Shown piece by piece: positions 11,456-21,932 of a stretch of DNA of 64,000 bases. A model generated the notes under the pieces. It was not told the origin of the DNA, searched no databases, and saw nothing but the letters and a program-made list of their open reading frames with translations. Source of the DNA: an uncultured cyanobacterium (GTDB lineage Bacteria; Cyanobacteriota; Cyanobacteriia; Cyanobacteriales; Nostocaceae); the NCBI GenBank assembly GCA_963740315.1, contig CAVUDP010000001.1, forward strand, positions 1,312,001 to 1,376,000. Direction: 5' to 3'. Each line of letters starts with the position of its first letter. Position 1 is the first letter of the stretch. The position numbers and the translations under genes were made by a program.

Positions 11456-12592
11456 CTACACTAGCCAGCCTTTCAAACGCTTGGCGATATGGGGACGACG
11501 CAATTTACGCATTGCTTTACTTTGAATTTGACGTACTCTTTCGCGAGAGAGATTGAACATATTGCCAACTTCCTCTAACGTACAAGGCTCGCTACTTGTC
11601 AAACCGTAACGCAAGGAAATTACGTCTTTTTCTCGTGGGGTTAATACGTCTCCCAATACTTCCCAAATCTCCTGACGCATCATGCTTTCGTTCATTTTTG
11701 CTTCGGGAGATTGGTTGTCTTCATCTTCCAACAAATCCATCAATTCGGTATCTTCTTCTTTACCGACACGATGGTTTAATGAAAGTGCTTGACGACGCAA
11801 TTGTTGTAACTGGCGTAGCTGGTTGGGGGGAATTTCCAACACTTCTGCCATTTCTTCTTCTGTAGGATTCCGACTTAATTTTTGTTTTAATTCTCTTTGC
11901 GCTTTCTTGAGTTTATTAAGCTTTTCTACAATATGTATAGGTAAACGAATTGTGCGTGCATCGTTGGCGATCGCTCTGGTAATTGCTTGGCGAATCCACC
12001 AGTAAGCGTAGGTTGAAAATTTGTATCCTTTATCTGGATCGAATTTTTCAGTAGCGCGATTTAAACCCATCGCCCCTTCTTGAATCAAATCTAAAAAGGG
12101 AACTCCACGATTCAGGTAGCGTTTGGCGATGGAAACTACAAGACGCAAGTTAGAACGAATCATTTTGCGCTTGGCGACTTTACCTTGGTATAAGCGATGT
12201 TCTAACTGTTTGACGTTAATCCCCATTTGACTTGCTACAGCCGCTCGATCGGGGAAATGCCCCAATTGTTGCTCTGCCGCTGCTTGTGCTTGTCTTACTT
12301 CTTCGAGGATGCGTACCCTTCTAGCTAATTCGACTTCTTCGTCGGGCTTAAGCAATGGATAACGCGCCATTTCTTTGAAAAATGCACCTACAGCATCATC
12401 GTACTCGGTTTTGTTGTATCCCGTAGGTCTGGCTTCCGCCATGTCATCCCCATGACTCGACTCAGCTTCCATGTTTTGAGCAATTATTGCTTCATCGTCT
12501 GTCACTACTTCTAAAACATTAATTGCTTCTGATTCATTTTTATTAGCAACTTTTTGCATACTTTCCATTGTTCCTAATTGTGCAATATTCAT
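11456..12592 (-). CDS. sigE: Group 2 RNA polymerase sigma factor (SigE-like)
   Basis: NLRLVVSIAKRY, DLIQEG, FSTYAYWWIRQ, region 4 RERVRQIQ; C-terminus RRPHIAKRLKGWL resembles the SigE clade (recall). Confidence 0.8.
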   Translation of the reverse strand: MNIAQLGTMESMQKVANKNESEAINVLEVVTDDEAIIAQNMEAESSHGDDMAEARPTGYNKTEYDDAVGAFFKEMARYPLLKPDEEVELARRVRILEEVRQAQAAAEQQLGHFPDRAAVASQMGINVKQLEHRLYQGKVAKRKMIRSNLRLVVSIAKRYLNRGVPFLDLIQEGAMGLNRATEKFDPDKGYKFSTYAYWWIRQAITRAIANDARTIRLPIHIVEKLNKLKKAQRELKQKLSRNPTEEEMAEVLEIPPNQLRQLQQLRRQALSLNHRVGKEEDTELMDLLEDEDNQSPEAKMNESMMRQEIWEVLGDVLTPREKDVISLRYGLTSSEPCTLEEVGNMFNLSRERVRQIQSKAMRKLRRPHIAKRLKGWLV

Positions 12593-13435
12593 AAGTTTTT
12601 AAATGGAGGATTGTTGCTTGCGAACCTAAAATAACTAAAGTGACAGCTACCTGGAGGGGCATTTCAAGATGGAATCCATCATCTACATATACCTTTTAGT
12701 TGAGCCGCGCAGCTTTTGCATGTGGTTTTATAGCTTCTCTTTTACTCTTCAACTCAGGCTTTATAATTTATCTAGCTATATCCCACTCATATGACATCGT
12801 TATACAAATCACCAACATATATAAATACGATTATCCTAATACATATATTCTTGACTTTTTTTCTCTAACAGAATTTTCTTCTTATTACCTCCTAATTTTT
12901 CTTTTCTCGATAAATATAAAAAAATTCTCTATTACTGCCAAAATCTTCAATTCAATGTCTTTCTCTATACCGTCGCACTTTTATGCTTAATAACTATCAA
13001 AGGGATAATACTATCTTTCGATTCGGCAATATATAACTATTGGCAGTGTTGACTCAATTTATAAGCAAATATGACACGTCAAACTGTGGGAAATTCTTCC
13101 CTATATAAAAGCATCTCATATACCACCAAAGCTGAATATCTATCAAGAGAGAGATAAGCCCTATTCCATAATTGGTAAACTCAGCAGGAATTGGTGTAAA
13201 TAGATGAGATTATTTGAGTTTATATATCAGGTATCAAAAAATCATTCGCAAGCAATGTTTGTGTAAGGTTTGTTTATGAGATTACATATCTAGGAAACTT
13301 ATCAAGTATTATGTCCTATGAAAGTATTATGAAATACATTTTATCTTATCTATAGGAGATTTATTCGATGTAAATAAATTTAGTTGATTTTATAAATTCG
13401 ATCGCGGTAATTATTAATCGGGAAAATAAAAAAAT

Positions 13436-16053
13436 ATGTATACAAAAAATGCAATATCGGCTGCTATAGTCGCTTCACCTCAAGGGGAATATAACTTGCG
13501 GATGTCGCAAAATCAATGGGTTGAAGTATTGGTAGATTGTCCCAGAACGACGGGATTATTTACTTACGGATTACCTCCACAGTTAGAAGTAAAACCAGGA
13601 GATATTTTAAGCGTGCCATTTGGTTCGCAAACTGTTGGCGCGATCGCAATTCGTAAATTAACAAAACCTCCCCAAGATGTACCAATAGAAAAAATTCGGA
13701 ATATAGAAGATGTAGTTAGCGCCGGATTTTTTCCAGATTTTTACTGGGAATTATTAAATCGAGTTGCAGCATATTATTACACGCCTTTAATCCAGGTAAT
13801 TCGCGTTGCTTTACCTCCTGGTTTACTGCCAAAATCTCAACGGCGCATCCGGCTTTCTAATCAAAATATTTCATCTTCCCCGTCTCTCCCCCTTTCAATT
13901 TCCTTCTCCCCCGCAGCGAGGAAAATTCTCGATTTACTCCAAGCCCAACAGCAAGGAGATTATAGTTTTATCTATTTACAGCGACAAGTCAGGAATGCTC
14001 CTAAAGGGGTAAGAGAGTTGCGGCGACTTGGTTTAATTGAAACTTATTTAGAAGCACCGCGCTCAACTAAACCAAAATTACAAAAAGCAGTAATATTAAT
14101 TGGAAATATTTCACCAGATTTAACCACCCGTCAAACAGAAATTTTAGAAGTACTACGACGACGTGGTGGCGAAATGTGGCTAACTGAATTATTACAAACT
14201 TGCAGCAGTAGTTCTTCCGTAGTTAAAACCTTAGAGAAAAAAGGTTATGTTGTCGTAGAAGAAAAAGAACTATTGCGAATCGATACCTCTAAAAATGCAG
14301 ATGAAACATTCACCGGGCAGCAAGCAAAAAACCTCACATCAGCCCAACAAATAGCTTTAGAAACGATAAATAATATTAATGGATATGCATCAATCCTATT
14401 ACATGGAGTTACAGGTTCGGGTAAAACAGAAGTGTATTTGCAGGCGATCGCACCTCTACTACAAAAAGGGAAATCGGCATTAGTATTAGTTCCCGAAATT
14501 GGGCTAACTCCACAATTAACCGATCGCTTTCGTGCTAGATTCGGCAGCAAAGTCAGCGTATACCATAGCGCCCTTTCCGATGGCGAGCGTTATGACACTT
14601 GGCGTACTATGCTAGCAGGGGAACCTCAAGTAGTCATCGGCACCCGTAGCGCCGTTTTCGCACCATTACCCAACCTCGGCATAATAATCCTAGACGAAGA
14701 ACACGATTCCTCATTCAAACAAGACTCTCGCAGCCCCACCTACCACGCTCGCACCGTTGCAAACTGGCGAGCAGAATTACAAAATTGTCCCCTAGTATTA
14801 GGATCGGCAACTCCTTCCTTGGAAACTTGGATGAATGCGGGGAGAGGGGGAGAGGGGGAAGAGGGGGAGAGGGGGAAGAGAGGGAAGAGAGGGAAATGTT
14901 AACTCCTAACTCCTCACTCCTAACTCCTAACTCTTTTAATCCAAAATCTAAAATTCAAAATCCAAAATCGCATTACCTTTCCCTTCCAGAGCGCGTTAAT
15001 TCTCGCCCTCTACCTCCTGTAGAAATAGTAGATATGCGAGAAGAATTGCACCGGGGAAATCGTTCTATATTTAGCAATCCGTTACAGCAAGGTTTACAAG
15101 AACTTGTTGAAACCGGAGGGCAAGGAATATTATTTATTCATCGTCGGGGACACAGTACTTTTGTATCCTGTCGTAGCTGCGGCTATGTGATGGAATGTCC
15201 CTATTGCGATGTGTCGCTATCCTATCACCAAACCGAAGCGGGAGCGGCGCAGGTTTTACGCTGTCATTACTGCAATTATGCAACCCCCCATCCTAAAAAT
15301 TGTCCCGATTGTTGTTCTCCTTATTTAAAATTCTTTGGTAGCGGTACCCAACGAGTAGCGCAAGAGTTAGCAAAACAGTTTCCCGAATTAAAATTTATTC
15401 GTTTTGATAGCGACACCACCCGCAACAAAGGAGCGCATCGGACTTTATTAACTAGATTTGCCAAAGGTGAAGCGCATTTATTAATCGGAACCCAAATGCT
15501 TACCAAAGGTTTAGACTTACCCCAAGTAACCTTAGTCGGAGTAGTCAGCGCCGATGGATTGCTGCATTTATCAGATTACCGCGCCAGCGAACGCGCTTTC
15601 CAGACTTTAACCCAAGTTGCAGGGCGTGCCGGTAGAGGTGAAGACCCCGGAAGAGTTATAATTCAGACTTACACCACAGAACATCAAGTAATTCAAGCAG
15701 TACGGCAACACGATTATCAAACTTTTATTCAAGACGAATTAGAACAGCGGGAAGCTCTGAATTATCCACCCTACGGCAGATTGATTTTATTGCGGTTAAG
15801 CAGTTTAGATGAAATACAAGTAGAAAACACCGCCACAGAAATCGCCGAAAAGCTCCAGCAGCAATCCGAAATAGAAGTACTTGGACCCGCACCAGCAAAT
15901 ATATTAAGAGTAGCTAACCGTTATCGCTGGCAAATATTATTAAAATTCGCTCCCCAAGACTTACCGCAGCTACCAGACTGGGAAGAAATACGTCAGATAT
16001 GCCCAAATTCAGTTAGTTTGACAATAGATATCGATCCTTTGAATATTATGTAA
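13436..16053 (+). CDS. priA: Primosomal protein N' (PriA), split by a frameshift inside an intragenic repeat tract (~14838-14970)
   Basis: ORF1 13436-14902 has GVTGSGKT, DEEH, GSATPS; ORF2 (frame of 14785-16053) has four CxxC motifs and QVAGRAGR. Confidence 0.92.
14838..14970. repeat. Intragenic STRR tract in priA (GGGGGA(A)GA, TAACTCC, AAAATCY units)
   Basis: Direct reading. Confidence 0.85.
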
Positions 16054-16185
16054 AAGGTTAAAGGTTAAAGGTTAAAGGTTAAAGGTCAAAGGTTAAAGGT
16101 CAAAGGTTAAAGGTCAAAGGTTAAAGGCTAAAGGTTAAAGGTTAAAGGTTAAAGGTTAAAGGTTAAAGGTTAAAGGTTAAAGGTT
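16053..16185. repeat. STRR (AAAGGTY) ~19 units between convergent priA and hybrid kinase
   Basis: 133 bp of tandem heptamer. Confidence 0.95.
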
Positions 16186-16366
16186 ATGCTTTTAATTAGA
16201 ACTCCTAACTGCTAAAAGCTACTATATAACTCGAAACTTTCAATATCCCCCTTAAAAAAGGAGGACTTTAACCCCCCTTGGCTAAGGGGGGAAGGGGGGA
16301 TAATCCGAGAATTGCGTTAAAAAAATACTTTTCAAACATCCTCTAACTACTCACTACTCCCTACTC

Positions 16367-18343
16367 CTAACAACTAACAACTAAATGAGCAACTTTCTGG
16401 GCTAAGTTATCTGCTTCAATGGGCTTGGCGAGATGCAGGTTAAAACCCGATCGCAATGATTCTTGGCGATTTGATTCTCCGGCGTAAGCGGTTAAGGCGA
16501 TCGCGGGTATTTTTGCGCCTTTGTGAGAGGGTAGCGCTCGAATTTGTCGTATTAATGTATGTCCGTTGACTTCGGGCATGGCAATATCACTAATAAGCAA
16601 GTCTGGTTTATTTTGTAAGAATAATTTAAATGCTTGTGACGCTGAGGTTGCTGTTTTTACTGATGCTCCGTAGGTTTCGAGGACAAATTGTAGGTATTCT
16701 AAGTTGTCTGGCTCGTCGTCTACTAATAAAATATTTATTCCTTGAAAATTTAATTGGGCACTATAATTATTGTTAATTTGAATATCAGTTTCTACGTTGG
16801 ATGTTAAAGGTATCTCTACGGTAAATGTTGTACCTTTGCCAATACCAGAACTTTCTACTTGAATGTTACCACCGTGAAGTTCTACTAAATGCCTGACGAT
16901 CGCTAAACCTAATCCCAATCCTCCAGTATTTCTGGTGCTGGAACTGTTTTCTTGACGAAAGTAATCAAATACATAAGGTAAAAACTCCGAACAAATTCCT
17001 TTCCCGGTATCTTTAATTTGAACTTTAGCTATCGAGCGATCGCAAGTTAATTCTACGTTTACTTTTCCTCCGGATGGAGTGAATTTGACTGCATTAGAAA
17101 GTAGATTCCAAAAAACTTGCTGTAAGCGATTGGGTTCACCTTCAATAAAAACGCTATCTGTGGGGAAGTCGGGAATTATTTGAATCGATTTTGCACGAGC
17201 TGCTAAATGCACGGTTTCGATGGCAGCATTAATAATCTTGACTAAATCAACGCTAACTGGATTTAGCTGTAATTTACCGCGCAATATTCGGGAAACATCA
17301 AGCAAGTCTTTGATCATTTCTGCTTGTAAAGAAGCATTACGCTCGATTGTTTCTAATGCTTGTTGAATTCTGTGGGGGGGAAGCTTATTAGAACGTAAAA
17401 GTTGAGTCCATCCTAAAATAGGGTTGAGTGGTGTTCGCAACTCGTGAGAAAGTACGGCTAAAAATTCATCTTTTACCCGGTTTGCGGCTTCGGCTTTTGC
17501 AAGTAATTGCGCTCTTTCGATTTCCGCTTGTTTGCGATCGGTAATATCTCTTAAAGTTACCAAATAAGCTGGTTTTCCATGCCAATCTATTTTTACTACC
17601 CGCATTTGAGCTATTAGTTGTTTTGCGGTTCCCGTAGAAATATCTACTTCGGTTTTATCTTCACCAGCTACCGGAAAGCCAAACACTTCTCCTAAAAGTT
17701 CTTCTTCATTACGGTTGAATAGCTTTAAGGCTGCGGGGTTGATAAATCTAACTACTCCTTGCTTATCTATCACCACTATCCCATCGGGATTTTTGGTAAT
17801 TAACATTTGTAACTGCTTTTGACTTTTTTTCAGCGCAGTTTCTACTTTTTCTCTACGAATACTTTCAAGGTGGCTTTGCTGGCGTTGTCTTTTTAATTCT
17901 GTTGCTTGAGAAAATAGACGTTGCTGTAACTCAGTCAAATCAATATTAGTTTCTGCTTCGGGAAACTCCGATTGCGATCGTTTATCAAGCAATTGTTTAA
18001 CGAGCGATGGCAGTCGGTGCAATTCATCCGTACTTAAATAGTTAGTTGCTCCTGCTTTCATGCAAGCTACTGCATCGGGGGCATTATTTTTACCATTAAA
18101 AACTATAAAAGGAACGTATAATTCTTTTTGCTGTAAAATTTCTTGAGCTATTACAATATTTAATTTTCGGTGTTGGTAATCTGCTAATATAATTTCTAGA
18201 TCGTAATTTAAATTAGTAAGCAAATCAGCTTCATTTTCTATTTGCTTTGCTACGGGGGTAAATTCTGATTCCTGTAACAAAGATAATATTTTTTCGCTGT
18301 TTTCGGCATCAGATAATAGTAGTAAGTTTATTGGAACTGCCAT
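16367..18343 (-). CDS. Hybrid sensor histidine kinase (degenerate REC - PAS - HisKA - HATPase - REC)
   Basis: SHELRTPL, NLLSNAVKFT, GGLGLGL, C-terminal LVDDE...SDIAMP...KP. Confidence 0.92.
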   Translation of the reverse strand: MAVPINLLLLSDAENSEKILSLLQESEFTPVAKQIENEADLLTNLNYDLEIILADYQHRKLNIVIAQEILQQKELYVPFIVFNGKNNAPDAVACMKAGATNYLSTDELHRLPSLVKQLLDKRSQSEFPEAETNIDLTELQQRLFSQATELKRQRQQSHLESIRREKVETALKKSQKQLQMLITKNPDGIVVIDKQGVVRFINPAALKLFNRNEEELLGEVFGFPVAGEDKTEVDISTGTAKQLIAQMRVVKIDWHGKPAYLVTLRDITDRKQAEIERAQLLAKAEAANRVKDEFLAVLSHELRTPLNPILGWTQLLRSNKLPPHRIQQALETIERNASLQAEMIKDLLDVSRILRGKLQLNPVSVDLVKIINAAIETVHLAARAKSIQIIPDFPTDSVFIEGEPNRLQQVFWNLLSNAVKFTPSGGKVNVELTCDRSIAKVQIKDTGKGICSEFLPYVFDYFRQENSSSTRNTGGLGLGLAIVRHLVELHGGNIQVESSGIGKGTTFTVEIPLTSNVETDIQINNNYSAQLNFQGINILLVDDEPDNLEYLQFVLETYGASVKTATSASQAFKLFLQNKPDLLISDIAMPEVNGHTLIRQIRALPSHKGAKIPAIALTAYAGESNRQESLRSGFNLHLAKPIEADNLAQKVAHLVVSC

Positions 18344-18545
18344 AAATAATATTTCATAATTTAATAATTTCTATTTATAGAAAAGGTTATCATGCTATAA
18401 GTAGTAAGCATATTTTTCCCTTAACAGATTAAATTGAGAATATCCAAATCGCAGACAAAATTTTCTATAACTTAAATTTGTAGCACGATATCAATCTAAT
18501 TTGGTCTACCTTTAGAACTAACAGGAAATGAGATAATTAGAAAAA

Positions 18546-20072
18546 TTATCTACCTGCTCCATCTTGAAACAATTCGCTCAAACGATTAACTTCATCTCGA
18601 TCTACATACATCGGATTTCCTGATAAAATTCCGGTTACGTTACGGAAACTTCTACCGATGTGCATTCCATTACTATCAATTACGAATTCGCGAATTTGTT
18701 TATCATGCATTGAACCCCGCATTTTGATTACCGCCAAACCTCTTCTAACTTCACCGTAAATTTCTACATATCGCAGTAAAATAATTGAATCGGTACTTGT
18801 AGAAATCTGAGCTTCTGTTACCGAATTACCACCTAATAAAGTCGGAGCGGTAGCTGTATAAAGTCCAGTAATTCCTTCCCCTCTAATTGTCGCATTCAAG
18901 CTGGCAATAAATTCCCGAAATCCGTTGAGCGTTGCAACTTTTTCTAAAGCTGTCAAACTATCAATTACTATTCGATGAGGTTTAAATTCCTCTATTGCTT
19001 CTTGCATTCTAATTAAATGATTTTCTAATCGCGTTGATTCCGGATAGCGAAACAGAATTTTTAACATTCCTTCTTTCTCTGCTTCTGTGAAGTCTATCCC
19101 CCAGCCCCGCGCATTTCTGATCAACTGATGCCGGTTTTCTTCAAACGCAAAATAAATACAGCGTTCATTTTTGATTCCGGCAGCAATAAACTGAGTTGAG
19201 AGTAAAGTTTTACCCGTACCCGTAGCACCCGATGCCAAAACAATCGAATCGCGGTAAAAACCATTGCCACACATTCGATCGAGTTCGTCATTACCGCTAG
19301 AAATGCGAATAGTAGATGATTCTTTATCAGAAGGAGACATTGCTGAAAGAGGAATAGTCACAAACCCTCTATCGGAAATAATCGTAAACGGAAATTCTCC
19401 TTGTTGATGAGAGCTACCGCGAAATTTAAGAATTTCTAAAGTACGACGACGCTTTTCTTCAATCAACACGTTACGCAAAATAATTACGTTGTCGGCGACA
19501 TATTCTTCAACTCCATGACTGCTGATTTCGCCGTATTCATAATTGCGTTCCGATGTTAAAATTGCCGTAGCGTTAATATCTCGCAATGCCGAAGCAATAA
19601 TAAATAAATCATCGCGAACTTGAGATTTATCGGCTAAATAACTAAAAATTGCTCCCAAAGAATCCATCGAAACTCTAGTAGCTTTTACCTTGTTAATCGC
19701 ATACTGAATTCGAGCCAGCAAAGGGCTAAGATCGTAATCTCCACTAACATAAGGATTTTTTCCAGGCTCCGGAGAAGCATCAACAAACACCCATTTCCCT
19801 TCTTCTTCCCACTTGGCAATATCCCAACCGAAACCGCGCATATTTCTGCGAATATTTTTGGGAGATTCTTCAAAAGAAATGAAAACGCCCGTTTCTCCCC
19901 GCTTAATTCCTTCTATTAAAAACTGACAGGAAAATATTGTTTTACCGCTGCCCGCACTACCAACCACTAAAGTAGTGCGCCCTACCGGCAACCCACCTTC
20001 AGATATCAAATCAAAACCTGGAATTCCTGTTTCTAACTTTTCGATAAATTCTTCTTCCCTTGCTTCAGACAT
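18546..20072 (-). CDS. kaiC: Circadian clock ATPase/kinase KaiC (KaiC3-type)
   Basis: Two RecA-like domains (GSAGSGKT/FEES; GATGTGKT/FEEN), ISTSTDSIILLRYVE phosphosite motif, KMRGSMHDK. Confidence 0.95.
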   Translation of the reverse strand: MSEAREEEFIEKLETGIPGFDLISEGGLPVGRTTLVVGSAGSGKTIFSCQFLIEGIKRGETGVFISFEESPKNIRRNMRGFGWDIAKWEEEGKWVFVDASPEPGKNPYVSGDYDLSPLLARIQYAINKVKATRVSMDSLGAIFSYLADKSQVRDDLFIIASALRDINATAILTSERNYEYGEISSHGVEEYVADNVIILRNVLIEEKRRRTLEILKFRGSSHQQGEFPFTIISDRGFVTIPLSAMSPSDKESSTIRISSGNDELDRMCGNGFYRDSIVLASGATGTGKTLLSTQFIAAGIKNERCIYFAFEENRHQLIRNARGWGIDFTEAEKEGMLKILFRYPESTRLENHLIRMQEAIEEFKPHRIVIDSLTALEKVATLNGFREFIASLNATIRGEGITGLYTATAPTLLGGNSVTEAQISTSTDSIILLRYVEIYGEVRRGLAVIKMRGSMHDKQIREFVIDSNGMHIGRSFRNVTGILSGNPMYVDRDEVNRLSELFQDGAGR

Positions 20073-20144
20073 CTGAATAAACTTGATTTGATTGTTATCT
20101 AAGCCGATCTTTAAGATTCTTAGCTAAATAAATATATCATATTT

Positions 20145-20435
20145 CTAACTGCGAATTCCCAGCCCCATCAAAACTGTTTTTCTATCGGAGAAATCCCCAA
20201 TAATTCTGATTTGTGGTAAAGGAGATTCTCTGATTAAAGTTGGTGTTACAAGAATTTTTTCTTTTTCAGCAATATCAGGTTGCTTTAATACATCAACAAT
20301 GCAAATTTTATGATGGTTTGGTAAATTTGCTTCACACAATTCTATCAAATTAGAAATAGCACTTTCTGACCTTTGCGTATTTCCCGTCACATATATTTTT
20401 AATATATATTGCTTATTCAAACCACTTTTACACAT
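20145..20435 (-). CDS. kaiB: Circadian clock protein KaiB (KaiB3-type)
   Basis: YILKIYVTG, DVLKQPDIAE, TPTLIR, RIIGDFS. Confidence 0.93.
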   Translation of the reverse strand: MCKSGLNKQYILKIYVTGNTQRSESAISNLIELCEANLPNHHKICIVDVLKQPDIAEKEKILVTPTLIRESPLPQIRIIGDFSDRKTVLMGLGIRS

Positions 20436-20472
20436 TATTAGTACGATCGCGAATGTATTTTTTTCCTTTCAT

Positions 20473-21345
20473 TCAATCTGACTCGAAATCTTGACTAATC
20501 TTATCAAAATTAAGTTTATTTAAACCTATAAAGTATTTTCGGTAATAAGCTGTCAGATAGCCCATTAACTGTAATACTATTAAGCGTCCTTCCATCGCAT
20601 AGGCTTGAGATTTGCGAGAAGAACGATCGGTTTTTGCTTTAAGAACAGTAGTATGAATTTCAATCGCATCGCGGGGTGTAACTTGCAGAATACCTAATTG
20701 TCGAGCCAAAGAACTTAGTTTATCGGAAATATTATGCTCAACTTTGTAAGCTTTTTGCTCCAAAGCTAAATCCATAATTTTCCCATAACTTTGGACTAAT
20801 TCCGCAAAAATATCTGGTTTGCTTGCTCGTAAAGATTCAGATTCCCATAAATTAGCGTTTTTATCTTTACCAGATACACCTATTGTTTCAAGCTGCTCAA
20901 ATTCTAAGAGTTGCTGTTCCGTTTGCTGCTGCTTAAAAATATTTAGCTGTTGCTGTCGCTCTACCGCCGAACGAATCGCATATACTAGTACACTTGTATC
21001 AATGTCATTTTTATGTAAATATCCGATCGCACCTAATTCCAAAGCCTTAACACCAGCAGCTTCATCTAATAAGGTATGAACAATAATTGGTAAATTAGGT
21101 GCAGCTTTTAGCATCCGGATTAAACTCTTGATACCTCGACTATCAGTCAGCATTAAATCTAAGAAAATAACGTCGATATCAATGAGGGGCAGTTGCTGCA
21201 ATCCTTCTTTTAAAGATTGGGCAACAATTACCTCAAAACCTTGTTTAAACGAAGAAGACTTAGCTTTAGATAGCAATCTGCGGAAATATTCAATCTCCTC
21301 CGGTTCATCTTCAATTAAAAGAACTTGACAACGATGATTAAGCAT
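20473..21345 (-). CDS. kaiA3: KaiA3-type chimeric protein: N-terminal receiver domain + KaiA-like C-terminal domain
   Basis: REC motifs LIEDE, FLDL, YLHK; C-terminal IEIH...EGRLIVLQLMGYLTAYYR parallels KaiA IEIH...RLTLIDILAHLCE.YR; directly upstream of kaiB-kaiC. Confidence 0.8.
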   Translation of the reverse strand: MLNHRCQVLLIEDEPEEIEYFRRLLSKAKSSSFKQGFEVIVAQSLKEGLQQLPLIDIDVIFLDLMLTDSRGIKSLIRMLKAAPNLPIIVHTLLDEAAGVKALELGAIGYLHKNDIDTSVLVYAIRSAVERQQQLNIFKQQQTEQQLLEFEQLETIGVSGKDKNANLWESESLRASKPDIFAELVQSYGKIMDLALEQKAYKVEHNISDKLSSLARQLGILQVTPRDAIEIHTTVLKAKTDRSSRKSQAYAMEGRLIVLQLMGYLTAYYRKYFIGLNKLNFDKISQDFESD

Positions 21346-21735
21346 GAGCTTTTTTCAGTTACCCTTCGGGTTCAACACTTTGCTTATGCCGGGGAACCCG
21401 TCCACCGCAAGTGTTTCACCAGTTACCAATTACCACTCAACATATTTAGACAATAAATAAATGCTGTTCAATATGCAAGCCGTTAGCCCTTGATTTTAAC
21501 TTAAAATATTTATGAATTGGACATATTTAATACATTTATATAACCCTTTTCACTTTAGAAGTTAATCGAATTAAATAACACATCTAAAGTATGAGAAGCA
21601 GGATGATTTTTTTCTAGCTTTATTTGGTTGCAACTACCAGAAGACATATATTATAAAGTTGGGAATTGCGAATGTTTAAGAGTTAAGAGTTAGGAGTTAG
21701 GAGTTAAGAATTTTAATTTATCCTTTTCTCTCCAT

Positions 21736-21926
21736 CTCCCCAAAGGTTACTGAGCAGTTCGACGTAGCTCACTGTAAGACTTGTCGAAGTACTCCCCCTC
21801 TCCCCAAAGGTTACTGAGCAGTTCGACGTAGCTCACTGTAAGACTTGTCGAAGTACTCCCCCTCTCCCCAAAGGTTACTGAGCAGTTCGACGTAGCTCAC
21901 TGTAAGACTTGTCGAAGTACTCCCCC
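21736..21926. repeat. Three head-to-tail identical 64-bp units
   Basis: CTCCCCAAAGGTTACTGAGCAGTTCGACGTAGCTCACTGTAAGACTTGTCGAAGTACTCCCCCT starting at 21736, 21800, 21864 (last lacks final base). Confidence 0.95.
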
Positions 21927-21932
21927 GAACCC

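Noticed and set aside
12700..12990. 96-aa ORF upstream of the sigma factor
   Set aside because: TTG start, AT-rich Ile/Phe/Ser-biased, no recognisable motif; likely promoter DNA
21736..21926. CRISPR array
   Set aside because: Units are identical end to end with no unique spacers; no cas genes in the window
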